From: Longimicrobiales bacterium
Lineage (GTDB): Bacteria; Gemmatimonadota; Gemmatimonadetes; Longimicrobiales; Gaopeijiaceae
DNA length: 64,000 nucleotides
Direction of reading: 5' to 3'
Assembly: GCA_965116905.1 (NCBI GenBank)
Contig: OZ220732.1
Location: 2,112,001-2,176,000, forward strand
The number at the start of each line of letters is the position of its first letter. The stretch's first letter is position 1. Shown piece by piece: positions 10,920 through 27,617 of the stretch. A model generated the notes under the pieces. The model was given only the letters and a program-made list of their open reading frames with translations, was not told where the DNA came from and searched no databases. The position numbers and the translations under genes were made by a program.

Positions 10920-11453
10920 ATGACCAGAGAACAGAAGGAGAGCTTCGTCGCGGAGTTCCGTGAGCGTCTCGATCGTGCCGAGGCGATCTTCCTCACGGAC
11001 TTCACGGGGCTCGACGTCAAGGCGATGACCAGCCTGCGCAGCAAGCTGAAGAAGTCGGGCGGCGAATACCTGGTGGTCAAGAACCGGCTCGTGCAGCGTG
11101 CGCTGGCCGACACGGAGATCCCGGACATTTCCGGATTTCTCACCGGACCCACCGGTGTCGTCTTCGGGGACGGCGATGTCGCCGATGCCGCGAGAACCGT
11201 CACGGACTTTGCAAAGGACAACGGAGACCGGCCCGTCTTCAAGGTCGGCGTCCTGGAAACCGATATTCTCGACCCGGCGCAGATCCACCGCGTCGCCGAT
11301 CTCCCTCCCCGGGAGGTACTCCTGTCCCAGGTCGCGGGTGCGCTGGAAGGGCCGATGTCGACCCTGGTGGGCGCGCTGGGCGGCAAGCTCCAGGAAATGG
11401 CGGGACTGGTCGATGCGCTGCGCGAGCAGCTGGAGTCGAACTCGAACGGCTGA
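10920..11453 (+). CDS. rplJ: 50S ribosomal protein L10
   Basis: [24 protein letters not shown]; operon position. Confidence 0.95.
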   Translation: MTREQKESFVAEFRERLDRAEAIFLTDFTGLDVKAMTSLRSKLKKSGGEYLVVKNRLVQRALADTEIPDISGFLTGPTGVVFGDGDVADAARTVTDFAKDNGDRPVFKVGVLETDILDPAQIHRVADLPPREVLLSQVAGALEGPMSTLVGALGGKLQEMAGLVDALREQLESNSNG

Positions 11454-11500
11454 CCACTATGCCCGGGTGGCCGGGTGAATCCAATGAGGAGATGAAACAA

Positions 11501-11881
11501 ATGGCTGTGAACCAACAGGAACTTCTCGAGACCTTCGGCAACATGACCGTCATCGAACTCTCGGAGTTCGTCGACGCCTTCAAGGATCGGTTCAACGTGA
11601 CCGCCGCGGCCGCTCCCGTCATGGCGGGACCGGTTGAAGCGGCGGACGGCCAGGGCGAGGCTGCGGAGCAGGACGAATTCGAAGTCGTGCTTGAGTCGTT
11701 CGGCGCCAAGAAGATCCAGGTCATCAAGGTGATTCGGCAGATCACCAGCCTGGGACTGAAGGAAGCCAAGGAGCTGGTCGACAAGGCACCCAGCACGGTC
11801 AGGGAGGCGGTCAGCAAGGACGACGCCGCGGACATCAAGGAAAAGCTCGAGGCGGCTGGCGCCAGCGTTGTAGTCAAGTAG
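11501..11881 (+). CDS. rplL: 50S ribosomal protein L7/L12
   Basis: KKIQVIKVIR, LGLKEAKELVD, KLEAAGA; alternative start 11492. Confidence 0.96.
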   Translation: MAVNQQELLETFGNMTVIELSEFVDAFKDRFNVTAAAAPVMAGPVEAADGQGEAAEQDEFEVVLESFGAKKIQVIKVIRQITSLGLKEAKELVDKAPSTVREAVSKDDAADIKEKLEAAGASVVVK

Positions 11882-11968
11882 GTGCGCCCCGGCCGAGGCG
11901 CATTCATTGGCGCGAGCCAACCGGAGCCGGCGGGACGGTCGTCCAATCGTACGGCTTGCGGGTGGCTT

Positions 11969-12004
11969 GCGTCCGCCGGTTGGCCCGCGTCCGCCGGTTG
12001 GCCC
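11969..12004. repeat. 2 x 18-bp tandem repeat GCGTCCGCCGGTTGGCCC in the rplL-rpoB spacer
   Basis: Read directly, exact duplication. Confidence 0.85.
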
Positions 12005-12075
12005 GCTTCCGTTCACCGCACCCCGGTGCGCAGCATTCGCCGTGACGTCCGCAACCAAGACAGGGGAGTCTTCTG

Positions 12076-16299
<4,224 letters not shown>

Positions 16300-16380
16300 C
16301 AAGGGTATCGGTGCGCGGTCCCCGGATTGCCGGCATGGCGGTTGCGGGGCTTTGGCAAGATGCGTCCAGGCAGTTTGGCC

Positions 16381-16409
16381 GACACCCCGCTTCAGGGCGG
16401 GGTGTTCAA
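16381..16409 (+). other. GC-rich hairpin in rpoB-rpoC spacer (GACACCCCGC-TTCAGG-GCGGGGTGTT, then CAA)
   Basis: 10-bp stem including one G-T pair; no U tract, so not called a terminator. Confidence 0.6.
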
Positions 16410-16426
16410 GAAACGGTGGTCAGAAC

Positions 16427-19400
16427 ATGATCGACTTCCCCCGCGCGAGAGAGTCCCGCTCCACGGACTTCGACTACATCCGCATCCGTATCGCGTCTCC
16501 CGAGGACATCCGCGAGTGGTCGCACGGCGAGGTGACGAAGCCCGAGACCATTAACTACCGGTCGTTCAAGCCGGAGCCGATGGGGTTGTTCTGCCAGCGG
16601 ACATTCGGCCCCGTGAAGGATTGGGAGTGCGCCTGCGGCAAGTACAAGCGCATTCGCTTCCGCGGGATCGTCTGCGACCGCTGTGGCGTCGAGGTGACGC
16701 TCTCCAAGGTGCGGCGGGAGAGGATGGGGCATATCGAACTCGCCGTGCCGGTGTGCCACATCTGGTTCTTCAAGACCTTGCCCAGCCAGCTCGGATACCT
16801 GCTGGGCATGACGCTCAAGGACCTGGAAAAGGTCATCTACTATGCGGCCTACGTGGTCACCAACCCGGGTGACCAGGATGTGGAGTTCCTCGACCTTCTC
16901 GATGAGGACGAGTACTACGACCTCCGCGTGAAGGCCCGTGAGGAGGGCGACAGGGACTTCAAGGCCGAGATCGGCGCGGAAGCCGCAAGGACGCTGCTGA
17001 AGCGGCTCGATTCGCCTGAAGTCGAGGTCGCGGACCAGAACAGGGACGGCCGGGGACTCGACCGCCTTGCCGAGTGGCTGCGCGAGGAGATCGGCTCCGA
17101 GACCTCGCAGCATCGGAAGAAGAAGAAGCTCCGCCGCCTCAAGGTCGTAGACGCCCTGCGCAACTCCGGAGACACGCCGGACAAGCGAAACAGGCCCGAG
17201 TGGATGGTGCTGGACGCGATTCCCGTGATCCCGCCCGATCTCCGGCCGCTCGTCCCGCTGGACGGCGGGCGCTTTGCCACCTCCGATCTCAACGACCTGT
17301 ACCGGCGGGTCATCAACCGGAACAACCGTCTCAAGAAGCTCATCGAGATGCGGGCACCCGAGGTCATCCTCAGAAACGAGAAGAGGATGCTGCAGGAGTC
17401 GGTGGACGCGCTGTTCGACAATGGACGGCGGTCGAAGGCGATTCGGGGGCGCGGGAAGCGGCCGCTGAAGTCGCTGTCCGACATGCTGAAGGGGAAGCAG
17501 GGCCGCTTCCGGCAGAACCTCCTCGGCAAGCGCGTGGACTATTCCGGCCGGTCGGTGATCGTTGTCGGGCCGGAGCTCAAACTGCACCAGTGCGGATTGC
17601 CCAAGGCGATGGCGGTCGAGCTCTTCAAGCCCTTCATCATTCACGAACTCGAACGCCGCGGCGAGGCCGAAACCGTCAAGCGGGCCAAGAAGATCGTGGA
17701 GCAGGACGATCCCAAGGTCTACGAAGTGCTGGAGGACATCATCCGTGACCACCCGGTGCTGCTCAACCGGGCCCCGACGCTGCACCGGATCGGGATTCAG
17801 GCCTTCGAGCCGGTGCTGGTGGAGGGGAAGGCCATCCGGATTCACCCGCTGGTGTGCGCGGCATTCAACGCCGACTTCGACGGTGACCAGATGGCGGTCC
17901 ACGTACCGCTCTCGTACGAGGCGCAGCTGGAGGCGCGCGTGCTCATGCTCGCGAGCAACAACGTGCTGCTCCCTTCGAACGGCCGGCCGGTGGCGGCCCC
18001 CACCCAGGACATGGTCATCGGTTCGTACTACCTCACGAAGCCTCCGATCGAGGTGGCGGACCTGGAGCCGGTCGTGAACGACGGCTCGCTCCCCGAGGCT
18101 GTCCGGGCAGAGGCCGAAGCGAAGCTGGCGGAGCTGTACAGGGACGCGCCCCACTACTCGGCCTATGGCGAGGTCGAGATGGCCCAGAGTCTTGGTCATG
18201 TGAAGTTCTCGACACCATGCCACTACTGGGTCGACGCTCAGGGCGACCCCGACGATCCCGACAGCATCACCGAGGCGGGCTGGGCGCGCACGACCGTGGG
18301 TCGTGTCCTCTTCAACTCGATCATCCCGGACTCGCTGGGCTTCCTGAATCACACGTTCGGCAAGAAGCAGCTCGGCGACCTGGTCTTCGAGTGCTTCACA
18401 CGGGCGGGCCTGGCGGCAACGACCCGGTTCCTCGATCACCTGAAGGACTTCGGGTTCCGCTACGCCACCATGGGCGGCGTATCCGTCGGGGTCGACGACC
18501 TCGAGGTGCCGCCGGAGAAGGCCGAGTTGCTGACCGACGCCGCGCAGGAGGTCACGCGCTTTCAGACGGCGTATGACTCGGGGTACATCTCGAACGGCGA
18601 GCGCTACAACAAGATCATCGATACGTGGACCCACGCGAACAACGACGTGGCCGACGCCATGGTAAGCCACCTGAAGCAGTCGCGCGGCGGCTTCAACCCG
18701 GTCTACATGATGATGACCTCGGGCGCGCGGGGGAACCGCGACCAGATGCGTCAGCTGGCGGGGATGCGGGGCCTGATGGCCAAGCCCCAGAAGAAGCTCA
18801 CAGGCGGGATCGGTGAGATCATCGAGAGCCCCATCCGGTCAAACTTCCGCGAGGGACTCACGGTGGTCGAGTACTTCATCTCGACGCACGGAGCACGCAA
18901 GGGCCTCGCCGACACCGCGCTCAAGACGGCGGACGCGGGATATCTGACGCGAAGGCTCGTCGACGTGGCCCAGGACGTCACGATCACCAGCGACGACTGC
19001 GGCACCATCCTCGGCCTGGAGATGAGCGCGCTCAAGGAGGGCGAGGACATCGTCGAGCCGCTGGCGGACAGGATTGCGGGGAATGTGGCGCTCGAGAGCG
19101 TCTACGATCCGATCGACGGCGAACTCATTCTGACCGGCAACGAGATGATCGACGAGCGCGCGGCCGAGGCCATCGAGGCGGCGGGGATCCAGTCCGTCAA
19201 GATCCGCTCGGTGCTGACCTGCGAGAACAAGCGGGGCATCTGCCGGATGTGCTACGGCCGCAACCTGGCGACAATGGGACCCGTCGACCTGGGGGAGGCC
19301 GTCGGCATCCTGGCGGCGCAGTCCATCGGCGAGCCGGGCACCCAGCTGACGCTGCGAACCTTCCACATCGGGGGCACCGCGGCCCGTATCGCGGCGCAGA

Positions 19401-20743
19401 ACCAGCGCCGGTCGAAGATCTCCGGGATCGTCGGCCTCGAGCGCGTGTCCACCGTCGAAGACCGCCAGGAGAATCGTGTCGTCACCACGCGCGAGGGCAA
19501 GATCGTAATCCAGACGCGTGAGGGCCAGGTGCGCAGCCGGCTCTCCGTGCCCTACGGCGCGACGATCCACATCGAAGAGGGAGAGGTGATCAAGGCCGGC
19601 GACCTGCTCTTCAGCTGGGATCCCTATTCGGAGCCTGTCGTCTCCGATTCGGAGGGGCACCTCCGGTTCGTGGACATCGTCGAGGAACAGACGGTTCGGG
19701 AGGAACTCGACGAATCCACCGGACGGCGGCAGCGGATGATCATCGAGGATCGGGACAAGAAGCTGCATCCGACGATCCAGATCCGCAGCGGCGAGTCCCC
19801 GACGAGCGAGCTTCTCAAGGAGTTCATCATTCCGGTGGGCGCGCAGCTGATGTGCGCCCACGGGGACCGCATCCACCCCGGCGATCCGATCGCGAAGATC
19901 GGCCGGGAGGTCTACAAGACCCGTGATATCACCGGTGGGCTGCCGAGGGTGGCCGAGCTGTTCGAGGCGCGCAAGCCCAAGGATCCGGCCGTCGTCACGG
20001 AGATCGACGGCGTGGTCTCGTTCGGCGATATCAAGCGCGGGAAGCGCGAGGTCTTCGTGACTCCGAAACAGGGACAGCGACAGCGCTACGACGTTCCCGT
20101 CGGCAAGCACATGCGGGTCCACCAGGGTGACCAGGTGCGCGCGGGCGACCGGCTCTCCGAGGGACCCATCAACCCGCACGACATCCTGCAGATCAAGGGG
20201 TCCAGGGCCGTTCAGGAGTACCTGCTCAACGAGATCCAGGAGGTGTACCGCCTGCAGGGGGTGAAGATCAACGACAAGCACATCGGCGTAATCGTGCGGC
20301 AGATGCTGCAGAAGGTGCGGGTTGTCGATCCGGGCGAAACCCATCTGCTCGAGGGAGAACACATCGACCGGGTCGAGTTCCGGGACGTCAACCAGGCCGC
20401 CGCGACCCAGGGCCGACGGCCGGCGCGGGCCGAGCCGCTGCTCCTCGGGATCACCAAGGCAAGCCTCACGACCGAGTCCTTCATCTCGGCCGCCTCCTTC
20501 CAGGAAACCACGCGGGTCCTGACCGACGCTGCCGTCAGGGGTGCGAAGGACGACCTGGAGGGGCTCAAGGAGAACATCATCATCGGTCACCTCATACCGG
20601 CCGGCACGGGGGTGCACAGGTGGCACGATGTCGAGTTCCAGGTCGAGAAGGACTTCTACGACGAGGAGATTCTGCCGCTGACCGCCCCTGACGAGCTCCT
20701 GCCGGGACTCGGCGAAGCTGTAGAGGAGATCGCGGCGGAGTAG
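16427..20743 (+). CDS. rpoC: DNA-directed RNA polymerase subunit beta'
   Basis: N-terminal Zn ribbon (CACGKY..CDRCG), NADFDGD catalytic motif, [17 protein letters not shown]. Confidence 0.99.
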   Translation: MIDFPRARESRSTDFDYIRIRIASPEDIREWSHGEVTKPETINYRSFKPEPMGLFCQRTFGPVKDWECACGKYKRIRFRGIVCDRCGVEVTLSKVRRERMGHIELAVPVCHIWFFKTLPSQLGYLLGMTLKDLEKVIYYAAYVVTNPGDQDVEFLDLLDEDEYYDLRVKAREEGDRDFKAEIGAEAARTLLKRLDSPEVEVADQNRDGRGLDRLAEWLREEIGSETSQHRKKKKLRRLKVVDALRNSGDTPDKRNRPEWMVLDAIPVIPPDLRPLVPLDGGRFATSDLNDLYRRVINRNNRLKKLIEMRAPEVILRNEKRMLQESVDALFDNGRRSKAIRGRGKRPLKSLSDMLKGKQGRFRQNLLGKRVDYSGRSVIVVGPELKLHQCGLPKAMAVELFKPFIIHELERRGEAETVKRAKKIVEQDDPKVYEVLEDIIRDHPVLLNRAPTLHRIGIQAFEPVLVEGKAIRIHPLVCAAFNADFDGDQMAVHVPLSYEAQLEARVLMLASNNVLLPSNGRPVAAPTQDMVIGSYYLTKPPIEVADLEPVVNDGSLPEAVRAEAEAKLAELYRDAPHYSAYGEVEMAQSLGHVKFSTPCHYWVDAQGDPDDPDSITEAGWARTTVGRVLFNSIIPDSLGFLNHTFGKKQLGDLVFECFTRAGLAATTRFLDHLKDFGFRYATMGGVSVGVDDLEVPPEKAELLTDAAQEVTRFQTAYDSGYISNGERYNKIIDTWTHANNDVADAMVSHLKQSRGGFNPVYMMMTSGARGNRDQMRQLAGMRGLMAKPQKKLTGGIGEIIESPIRSNFREGLTVVEYFISTHGARKGLADTALKTADAGYLTRRLVDVAQDVTITSDDCGTILGLEMSALKEGEDIVEPLADRIAGNVALESVYDPIDGELILTGNEMIDERAAEAIEAAGIQSVKIRSVLTCENKRGICRMCYGRNLATMGPVDLGEAVGILAAQSIGEPGTQLTLRTFHIGGTAARIAAQNQRRSKISGIVGLERVSTVEDRQENRVVTTREGKIVIQTREGQVRSRLSVPYGATIHIEEGEVIKAGDLLFSWDPYSEPVVSDSEGHLRFVDIVEEQTVREELDESTGRRQRMIIEDRDKKLHPTIQIRSGESPTSELLKEFIIPVGAQLMCAHGDRIHPGDPIAKIGREVYKTRDITGGLPRVAELFEARKPKDPAVVTEIDGVVSFGDIKRGKREVFVTPKQGQRQRYDVPVGKHMRVHQGDQVRAGDRLSEGPINPHDILQIKGSRAVQEYLLNEIQEVYRLQGVKINDKHIGVIVRQMLQKVRVVDPGETHLLEGEHIDRVEFRDVNQAAATQGRRPARAEPLLLGITKASLTTESFISAASFQETTRVLTDAAVRGAKDDLEGLKENIIIGHLIPAGTGVHRWHDVEFQVEKDFYDEEILPLTAPDELLPGLGEAVEEIAAE

Positions 20744-20753
20744 GGGAAACCGA

Positions 20754-21839
<1,086 letters not shown>

Positions 21840-21846
21840 CCGGCTC

Positions 21847-22761
21847 GTGAGCGCATCGGCCCCCGGCGCCGCCCGGCGCATCTGGACGGTCATGGAAGTG
21901 GTGCGTGTGAGTGGGGACTTCCTTGCGGGGAAGGGTGTCGAGGACGGCCGTCTGAACGCGGAACAGATCCTTGCCCACGTGCTGCGGACGGAGCGATTGC
22001 AGCTCTACCTCCAGTTCGATCGCCCGCTCGACGATGAGGAACTGGCGAGTTTCAAGCGTCTGCTCCGACGGCGAGCCGCGCGCGAGCCGCTCCAGTACGT
22101 ACTCGGGACGGCCCCGTTCAGGTCCCTGCAGCTGCAAGTCGATCGCCGCGTTGCCATTCCACGTCCGGAAACCGAGTACATGATCGATGTCCTGCAGCGC
22201 GTTGCCGGCCCGCGCCGCCGGTTCGATGCGGCTCTGGACGTGGGCACGGGCTCGGGTGCGATCGCGTTGGCTCTGGCCGCCGAGGGCATCGCGCGCACCG
22301 TCGTCGCCACGGACGTGTCCACGGACGCGCTGGAGGCCGCCCGGCAGAACGCGGCCGCGGCCGGTGTGGAGGGTGTGGAGTTTCGGGCGGGTCGTCTGTT
22401 CGGGCCTGTCGAGGGCCAAACCTTCGACCTGGTCTTGTCGAACCCTCCGTACCTCACGGAGGCTGACTGGCTCGCGGCGGAGCCCGAGATAAAGGAGTGG
22501 GAGCCGCGTGTGGCAATGGTGGCGAACGAGTCGGGACTCGGAGTCATCCGTCGCCTGATCGGGGGGCTGGGCGGGACGCTCCGCGCAGGCGGATGGATCG
22601 GGCTGGAAGTCGGGTGCGGCCAGGCAGACGGGGTGGCCGCGATGATGGAAGCCAGTCCGGGTCTCGAAGGGGTGGGAGTGCATGACGACCTGACGGGTCG
22701 TCGGCGCTATGTTTTTGCACGGCAGTTTGCGGCTGCGCGAAACGGGACCGGGGATGGGTAG
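21847..22761 (+). CDS. prmC: Release factor glutamine methyltransferase
   Basis: EPLQY, IPRPETE, DVGTGSG, SNPPY; follows prfA. Confidence 0.95.
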   Translation: MSASAPGAARRIWTVMEVVRVSGDFLAGKGVEDGRLNAEQILAHVLRTERLQLYLQFDRPLDDEELASFKRLLRRRAAREPLQYVLGTAPFRSLQLQVDRRVAIPRPETEYMIDVLQRVAGPRRRFDAALDVGTGSGAIALALAAEGIARTVVATDVSTDALEAARQNAAAAGVEGVEFRAGRLFGPVEGQTFDLVLSNPPYLTEADWLAAEPEIKEWEPRVAMVANESGLGVIRRLIGGLGGTLRAGGWIGLEVGCGQADGVAAMMEASPGLEGVGVHDDLTGRRRYVFARQFAAARNGTGDG

Positions 22762-22809
22762 CCATCGCGGTTCGGCCGGAGACGCGCTTCGCGGAACAGG
22801 AGTCGATGG

Positions 22810-23169
22810 ATGTCCGAGATAGAGGAGATGGCCGGGTCGCTGGGTCGGGCCCTGGGACGCACGCCGGAGTACAGGACCATGGCGCGTGCTCTAGAGAGCG
22901 CGGATGAGGACCGGGACATCGTGGCGTTGCGCAACGAGGTGCGTGGCCTCGAGAGGCGGCTGCAGGAGGCGATCGGCGCGGGCACGGAGCCGGACAAGGC
23001 GACGATGGAGGAGTTCGAGGCCGCCATCGGGCGGCTCCAGGCGTCTTCGGTCTACCAGAGCGTGGTAGCCGCCCAGGCGAACTTCGACAAGATCATGCAA
23101 CGCGTCGATGCGGAGATCCAGAAAGGGATGCGCGAAGGAGCTGCCTCCCGGATCATCCTGACGACGTAA
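22810..23169 (+). CDS. YlbF/YheA/YmcA-like helical protein
   Basis: About 120 aa all-helical pattern (LGRALGRTPEY ... AQANFDKIMQRV); family recognised by eye. Confidence 0.65.
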   Translation: MSEIEEMAGSLGRALGRTPEYRTMARALESADEDRDIVALRNEVRGLERRLQEAIGAGTEPDKATMEEFEAAIGRLQASSVYQSVVAAQANFDKIMQRVDAEIQKGMREGAASRIILTT

Positions 23170-23175
23170 CCGCCG

Positions 23176-23856
23176 ATGTCGACCGGCCAGAGTCAGGAGA
23201 GGGAGAAGGGCCTCAAGGCGTTTCGACACCCGGTCTACGCCATCATCGAACCGGTGGCCAGGTGGCTGGTGCGGCGCCGAGTCCACCCGAACGCCATCTC
23301 GATCATGGGGTTCGTGGCCACGCTGGGGGCGGCGTGGCTGTACTCGCAGGACCATGTCCGCACGGCCGGGTTTTTCGTGCTGCTCGGGGGACTGCTCGAT
23401 ATCTTCGACGGCCGCGTCGCGCGGATTTCCGGCCTGGCCTCCAAGTTCGGCAGCTTCTTCGACTCGACCCTCGACCGCATCTCCGAGATCGCCATGTACA
23501 TCGGCCTCATCACGCTCTACAACGGGTATATCCTGGATGCGGCCGACATCTGGATGATCTACGTCATCGCGCTGGCGCTCGGCGGCTCGCTGATGGTGAG
23601 CTACACCCGGGCAAAGGCCGAGGCGCTGGGCTTCGATTGCACCGTCGGACTCATGCAGCGGGCCGAACGGATCGTGTTGCTGGGTCTCGGCTCCCTGATC
23701 TTCGGTCTTGCCTGGGGCGGCATCGTCCTGAGCGCAATCATCATCGTGGTGGCCGTTCTGACCAACTTCACCGCGGTTCACCGGATCGTGTGGGTGTACA
23801 GGCACGGCAAGGGCATTCCTCTCGACGGCGGTGGGGACGCCGCCGGAAAGGTGTAG
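23176..23856 (+). CDS. CDP-alcohol phosphatidyltransferase (phosphatidylinositol-phosphate synthase-like)
   Basis: HPNAIS, DIFDGRVAR..SKFGSFFDSTLDR signature, VSYTRAKAEALG, GLMQRAER; multiple TM helices. Confidence 0.88.
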   Translation: MSTGQSQEREKGLKAFRHPVYAIIEPVARWLVRRRVHPNAISIMGFVATLGAAWLYSQDHVRTAGFFVLLGGLLDIFDGRVARISGLASKFGSFFDSTLDRISEIAMYIGLITLYNGYILDAADIWMIYVIALALGGSLMVSYTRAKAEALGFDCTVGLMQRAERIVLLGLGSLIFGLAWGGIVLSAIIIVVAVLTNFTAVHRIVWVYRHGKGIPLDGGGDAAGKV

Positions 23857-23862
23857 GCATTC

Positions 23863-25179
23863 GTGGAGCAACCTCCGAGCATCACCTCCCCCGACGGACG
23901 CGTCGGCGTCCTCCTGCCAGGGCTGGGTGCCGTGGCTACCACGGTCGTGGCCGGCGTCGAGGCGGTGCGGCAGGGGCTCGCGAAGCCCTTCGGCAGCCTG
24001 ACGCAGATGAACACCGTGCGGCTCGGGAAGCGCACCGACGCCCGTGCTCCCCTGATCCGGGACTTCATCGGGCTCGCGGGCCTCGAGCAGCTGGTGTTCG
24101 GCGCGTGGGACCCGATCCCCGATGACGCCTACGCGAGCGCCGTGAACGCGGGCGTGCTCGATCCGGCCAGTCACCTGGAGCCGATTCGCGACTTTCTCGC
24201 TTCGGTCGAGCCGATGTCGGCCGTTTTCGATACCGCGTACGTCAAGCGGCTGGACGGTCCCAACCGCAAGTCCGGAGCCAACAAGATGGAGCTGGCGGAA
24301 GCGCTTCGCGACGACATTCGCCGCTTTCGGGCCGAGAACGAATGTGCCAGGGCGGTGATGATCTGGTGCGGTTCGACCGAGGTCTTCCAGCGCGCCGGTG
24401 CGGCGCACGCCACCGTGGAGTCGTTCGAGGGGGCGATGGTCGACAACGATCCCGCGATCGCGCCCAGCATGATCTATGCGTACGCGGCGATCATGGAGGG
24501 CGTGCCCTACGCCAACGGGGCCCCGAACCTGTCCGCCGATGTCCCCGCGCTCGAGGAGCTGGCCCGCGAGCGTGCCGTGCCCATCGCCGGCAAGGACTTC
24601 AAGACGGGCCAGACGCTCATGAAAACGATCCTGGCGCCGGGACTGAAGGCCAGGATGATCGGAGTCAACGGCTGGTTCAGCACAAACATCCTCGGCAACA
24701 GGGACGGGGAGGTTCTCGACGACCCGGCGTCGTTCAGGACGAAGGAGGAATCCAAGCTCGGGGTACTCGACTACATCCTCCAGCCCGACATGTACCCCGA
24801 GTTGTACGGGGACATCTACCACAAGGTCCGGATCAACTACTACCCGCCGCGCGGTGACGACAAGGAAGGGTGGGACAACCTCGACATCTTCGGCTGGCTG
24901 GGATATCCCATGCAGATCAAGGTGGACTTCCTGTGCAGGGACTCCATTCTGGCCGCACCGATCGTCCTCGACCTCGCACTCTTCCTGGATCTGGCTGGAC
25001 GGGCCGGCCTCGGAGGCATACAGGAGTGGCTTTCCTTCTACTTCAAGAGCCCGCAGACCCCGGAGGGACTCTACCCGGAGCACGACCTGTTCATTCAGCA
25101 CTGGAAGCTGAAGAACACCCTGCGGTGGCTGGCCGGAGAGGAGCAGATCACCCACCTGGGCCGTGAGTACTACGAGTGA
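23863..25179 (+). CDS. ino1: myo-Inositol-1-phosphate synthase
   Basis: PGLGAVATT, GKDFKTGQT, NILGNRDG, DSILAAP, LSFYFKSP. Confidence 0.93.
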   Translation: MEQPPSITSPDGRVGVLLPGLGAVATTVVAGVEAVRQGLAKPFGSLTQMNTVRLGKRTDARAPLIRDFIGLAGLEQLVFGAWDPIPDDAYASAVNAGVLDPASHLEPIRDFLASVEPMSAVFDTAYVKRLDGPNRKSGANKMELAEALRDDIRRFRAENECARAVMIWCGSTEVFQRAGAAHATVESFEGAMVDNDPAIAPSMIYAYAAIMEGVPYANGAPNLSADVPALEELARERAVPIAGKDFKTGQTLMKTILAPGLKARMIGVNGWFSTNILGNRDGEVLDDPASFRTKEESKLGVLDYILQPDMYPELYGDIYHKVRINYYPPRGDDKEGWDNLDIFGWLGYPMQIKVDFLCRDSILAAPIVLDLALFLDLAGRAGLGGIQEWLSFYFKSPQTPEGLYPEHDLFIQHWKLKNTLRWLAGEEQITHLGREYYE

Positions 25180-25871
25180 GCCGTGGGCGCTTCATCGTCG
25201 TGGAAGGGGCGGAAGGGGTGGGGAAGTCCACGCAGGCCGCGCGGCTGGTGGCGTTCCTGCATACCCGGGGGATAGCCGCCGAACTTACGCGCGAGCCCGG
25301 GGGAACGGTGGTCGGCGAAGGGATCCGCGAACTCGTGTTGGCCAGCGGCGAGATTCCGCGGGAGACGGAACTGCTCCTGATCGTGGCCGCGCGGGCCGCG
25401 TTCGTCCGCCAGCGCGTGGAGCCGGCTCTGTCCGCGGGAACCTGGGTCGTGTCCGACCGGTACGATCTCAGCACATTCGCCTACCAGGGGCACGGGCGCG
25501 GGATCGAGCTGGACTGGATCGACCGCGTCAACCGTTACGCGACGGCAGGCCTGACCCCGGATCTGCAGCTGGTGCTGGATCTGCCCGTGCGGGATGGAAT
25601 GGCCCGTCTCGAGGACCAGGACAGAGCCCTGGACCGTATCGAATCGGAGACGCTCGGCTTTCTCGGCAGAGTCCGGCAGGGGTATGTTGAACTGGCGGGT
25701 TCCCTGGAGGGTGTCGAGCTGGTATCGGCCAGCGGAGGGCCGGACGAGGTCGAAGCCAGGATCCGCGACGTACTCGCCTGGTACTTCCCCGATGCACTGG
25801 TGGATCGCGGAAGCGGCGGGGCCGAGTCCCGGCAGCGCGCAACGGGCCGTGGCGCGAAGGAGATGCGATGA
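25176..25871 (+). CDS. tmk: Thymidylate kinase
   Basis: FIVVEGAEGVGKST, TREPGG, SDRY, AYQG. Confidence 0.95.
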   Translation: MSRGRFIVVEGAEGVGKSTQAARLVAFLHTRGIAAELTREPGGTVVGEGIRELVLASGEIPRETELLLIVAARAAFVRQRVEPALSAGTWVVSDRYDLSTFAYQGHGRGIELDWIDRVNRYATAGLTPDLQLVLDLPVRDGMARLEDQDRALDRIESETLGFLGRVRQGYVELAGSLEGVELVSASGGPDEVEARIRDVLAWYFPDALVDRGSGGAESRQRATGRGAKEMR

Positions 25872-27565
25872 GAGTCACGAAGGCCACGATCGTTCCCGCG
25901 ATGCTCGTCGTCCTCGCGGTGAGCAGCGGCGGCTGGCTGCTGCAACGGGATGTCGGGATGGATGCGAACGTCTACTTCCAGACCCGGCTTCTGGAAGAGG
26001 TCGTGACGCGCATCGACCGCTACTTCGTGGACGAGGTCGAGGTGGACGACCTGTATCAGGCGGCGCTGATCGGCTTGGTCGAGCAGCTCGGTGACCGAAA
26101 CTCGCAATTCCTGGAAGCATCCGACTGGGAGGACGTGCGCATCCGCACCCAGGGGGAATACGGTGGCGTCGGCCTCGAGGTCGACGAGCGCGACGAACAT
26201 CTCACCATCGTCGCCCCGATTCCGGGGACGCCGGGGGCCAGGGCGGGACTGCGCCCCGGTGATCGCATCGTGGAGGTGGACGGGCAGCCGGTGGAAGGAT
26301 GGCCGATCGATCAGGCCGTCGATCTGCTTCGCGGCGAGCCGGGAACCACGGTGCAGATGGGCATCCGGCGTCCCGGGATGGAACGCGTCATGTTGTTCGA
26401 TGTGACCCGCGAGGTCATTCACTTCCCGTCGGTACCCTTCGCCAGCATGCTGGGCGACGGCGTGGGCTATGTCCCGCTTCGCATCTTCAACGGAACCACG
26501 ACGGCCGAGGTCCGAAGCGCGATCGATTCGCTCATGGCCGAGGGCATGACGTCGCTCGTCCTCGACCTTCGCAACAACCGGGGCGGCCTCCTGACGGAGG
26601 GAGTGGGGCTTGCGGACCTGTTCCTGGACGAAGGCCTGGACATCGTTGAAATCCGCGGCAGGAACACGGCGCCCGAAATCCATCGGGCACGGGGCGGACA
26701 GGAATACCCCGGTCTCCCCATCGTGGTGCTGGTCGGTCACGGGAGCGCTTCCGCCGCCGAGATCGTCGCGGGTGCCCTTCAGGATCAGGACCGCGCGCTT
26801 CTCGTCGGAGCGACCACCTTCGGCAAGGGCTCGGTCCAGTCGCTCTTTCAGCTTTCCGGCGGCAACGTCCTCAAGCTCACGACGGCGCGCTGGTACACGC
26901 CTTCGGGTCGCTCGATCCAGAAGGAACCCGCCGACCAGCTCGCCCGGACCGAGAGCGGCGTGGTGACCCTGCCCGGTGACGCGGCCGAGCGTCCCAGCCT
27001 CGCCGACAAGCCGGAGTTCCGGTCCGCGGGGGGCCGGCTTTTGCGCGGCGGCGGAGGGATCGTGCCCGACATGTGGGTCCTGCAGGACACCCTGGCGACC
27101 GAAGAATACGCCGCGGTTCGCAAGATCTTCGAGGCGGGTTCGGGCTTCCATATCGCCTTGCAGAGCTGGGCGGTTCACTACCTGCAGGAGCATCCGGGGC
27201 TGACACCGGGATTCCGGATCACCGATGCGGATCTGTCGAGCTTCCATACCGTGCTTCTCGAGCGCGGAGCGGAAGTGAGTTTCGATGACCTCCTCCGTGC
27301 TCGCCGCTACGTGGAGTTTCATCTCGGGGCCGAGATCGCGCTGCAGGCATGGGAGGATCAGGGACGTTTCGAACGGATCGCCGCCGGCGACTTGCAGCTC
27401 GCGCGAGCGATCGAACTGCTCCGGACCGCGGATGACCGGCGGGAGCTCTTCGAGCTGGCCGGAAGCCCGCTCGAGTCCGGTCCCGCCGGGGGCGCCGCGG
27501 GTGACGGGGGTGCGGGGGGCGACGGGGGTCCGGGGCCGGCCGGGGGGGATGCACCGCGCCCCTGA
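25868..27565 (+). CDS. Carboxy-terminal processing protease (S41, PDZ)
   Basis: N-terminal membrane anchor, PDZ, LDLRNNRGG, SASAAEI (catalytic Ser), FGKGSVQ (catalytic Lys). Confidence 0.93.
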   Translation: MRVTKATIVPAMLVVLAVSSGGWLLQRDVGMDANVYFQTRLLEEVVTRIDRYFVDEVEVDDLYQAALIGLVEQLGDRNSQFLEASDWEDVRIRTQGEYGGVGLEVDERDEHLTIVAPIPGTPGARAGLRPGDRIVEVDGQPVEGWPIDQAVDLLRGEPGTTVQMGIRRPGMERVMLFDVTREVIHFPSVPFASMLGDGVGYVPLRIFNGTTTAEVRSAIDSLMAEGMTSLVLDLRNNRGGLLTEGVGLADLFLDEGLDIVEIRGRNTAPEIHRARGGQEYPGLPIVVLVGHGSASAAEIVAGALQDQDRALLVGATTFGKGSVQSLFQLSGGNVLKLTTARWYTPSGRSIQKEPADQLARTESGVVTLPGDAAERPSLADKPEFRSAGGRLLRGGGGIVPDMWVLQDTLATEEYAAVRKIFEAGSGFHIALQSWAVHYLQEHPGLTPGFRITDADLSSFHTVLLERGAEVSFDDLLRARRYVEFHLGAEIALQAWEDQGRFERIAAGDLQLARAIELLRTADDRRELFELAGSPLESGPAGGAAGDGGAGGDGGPGPAGGDAPRP

Positions 27566-27617
27566 TCGGGAGTATCGGGGGACGATGGGCTCATCCAGCT
27601 ATGGAGGTGGCCCGTTC

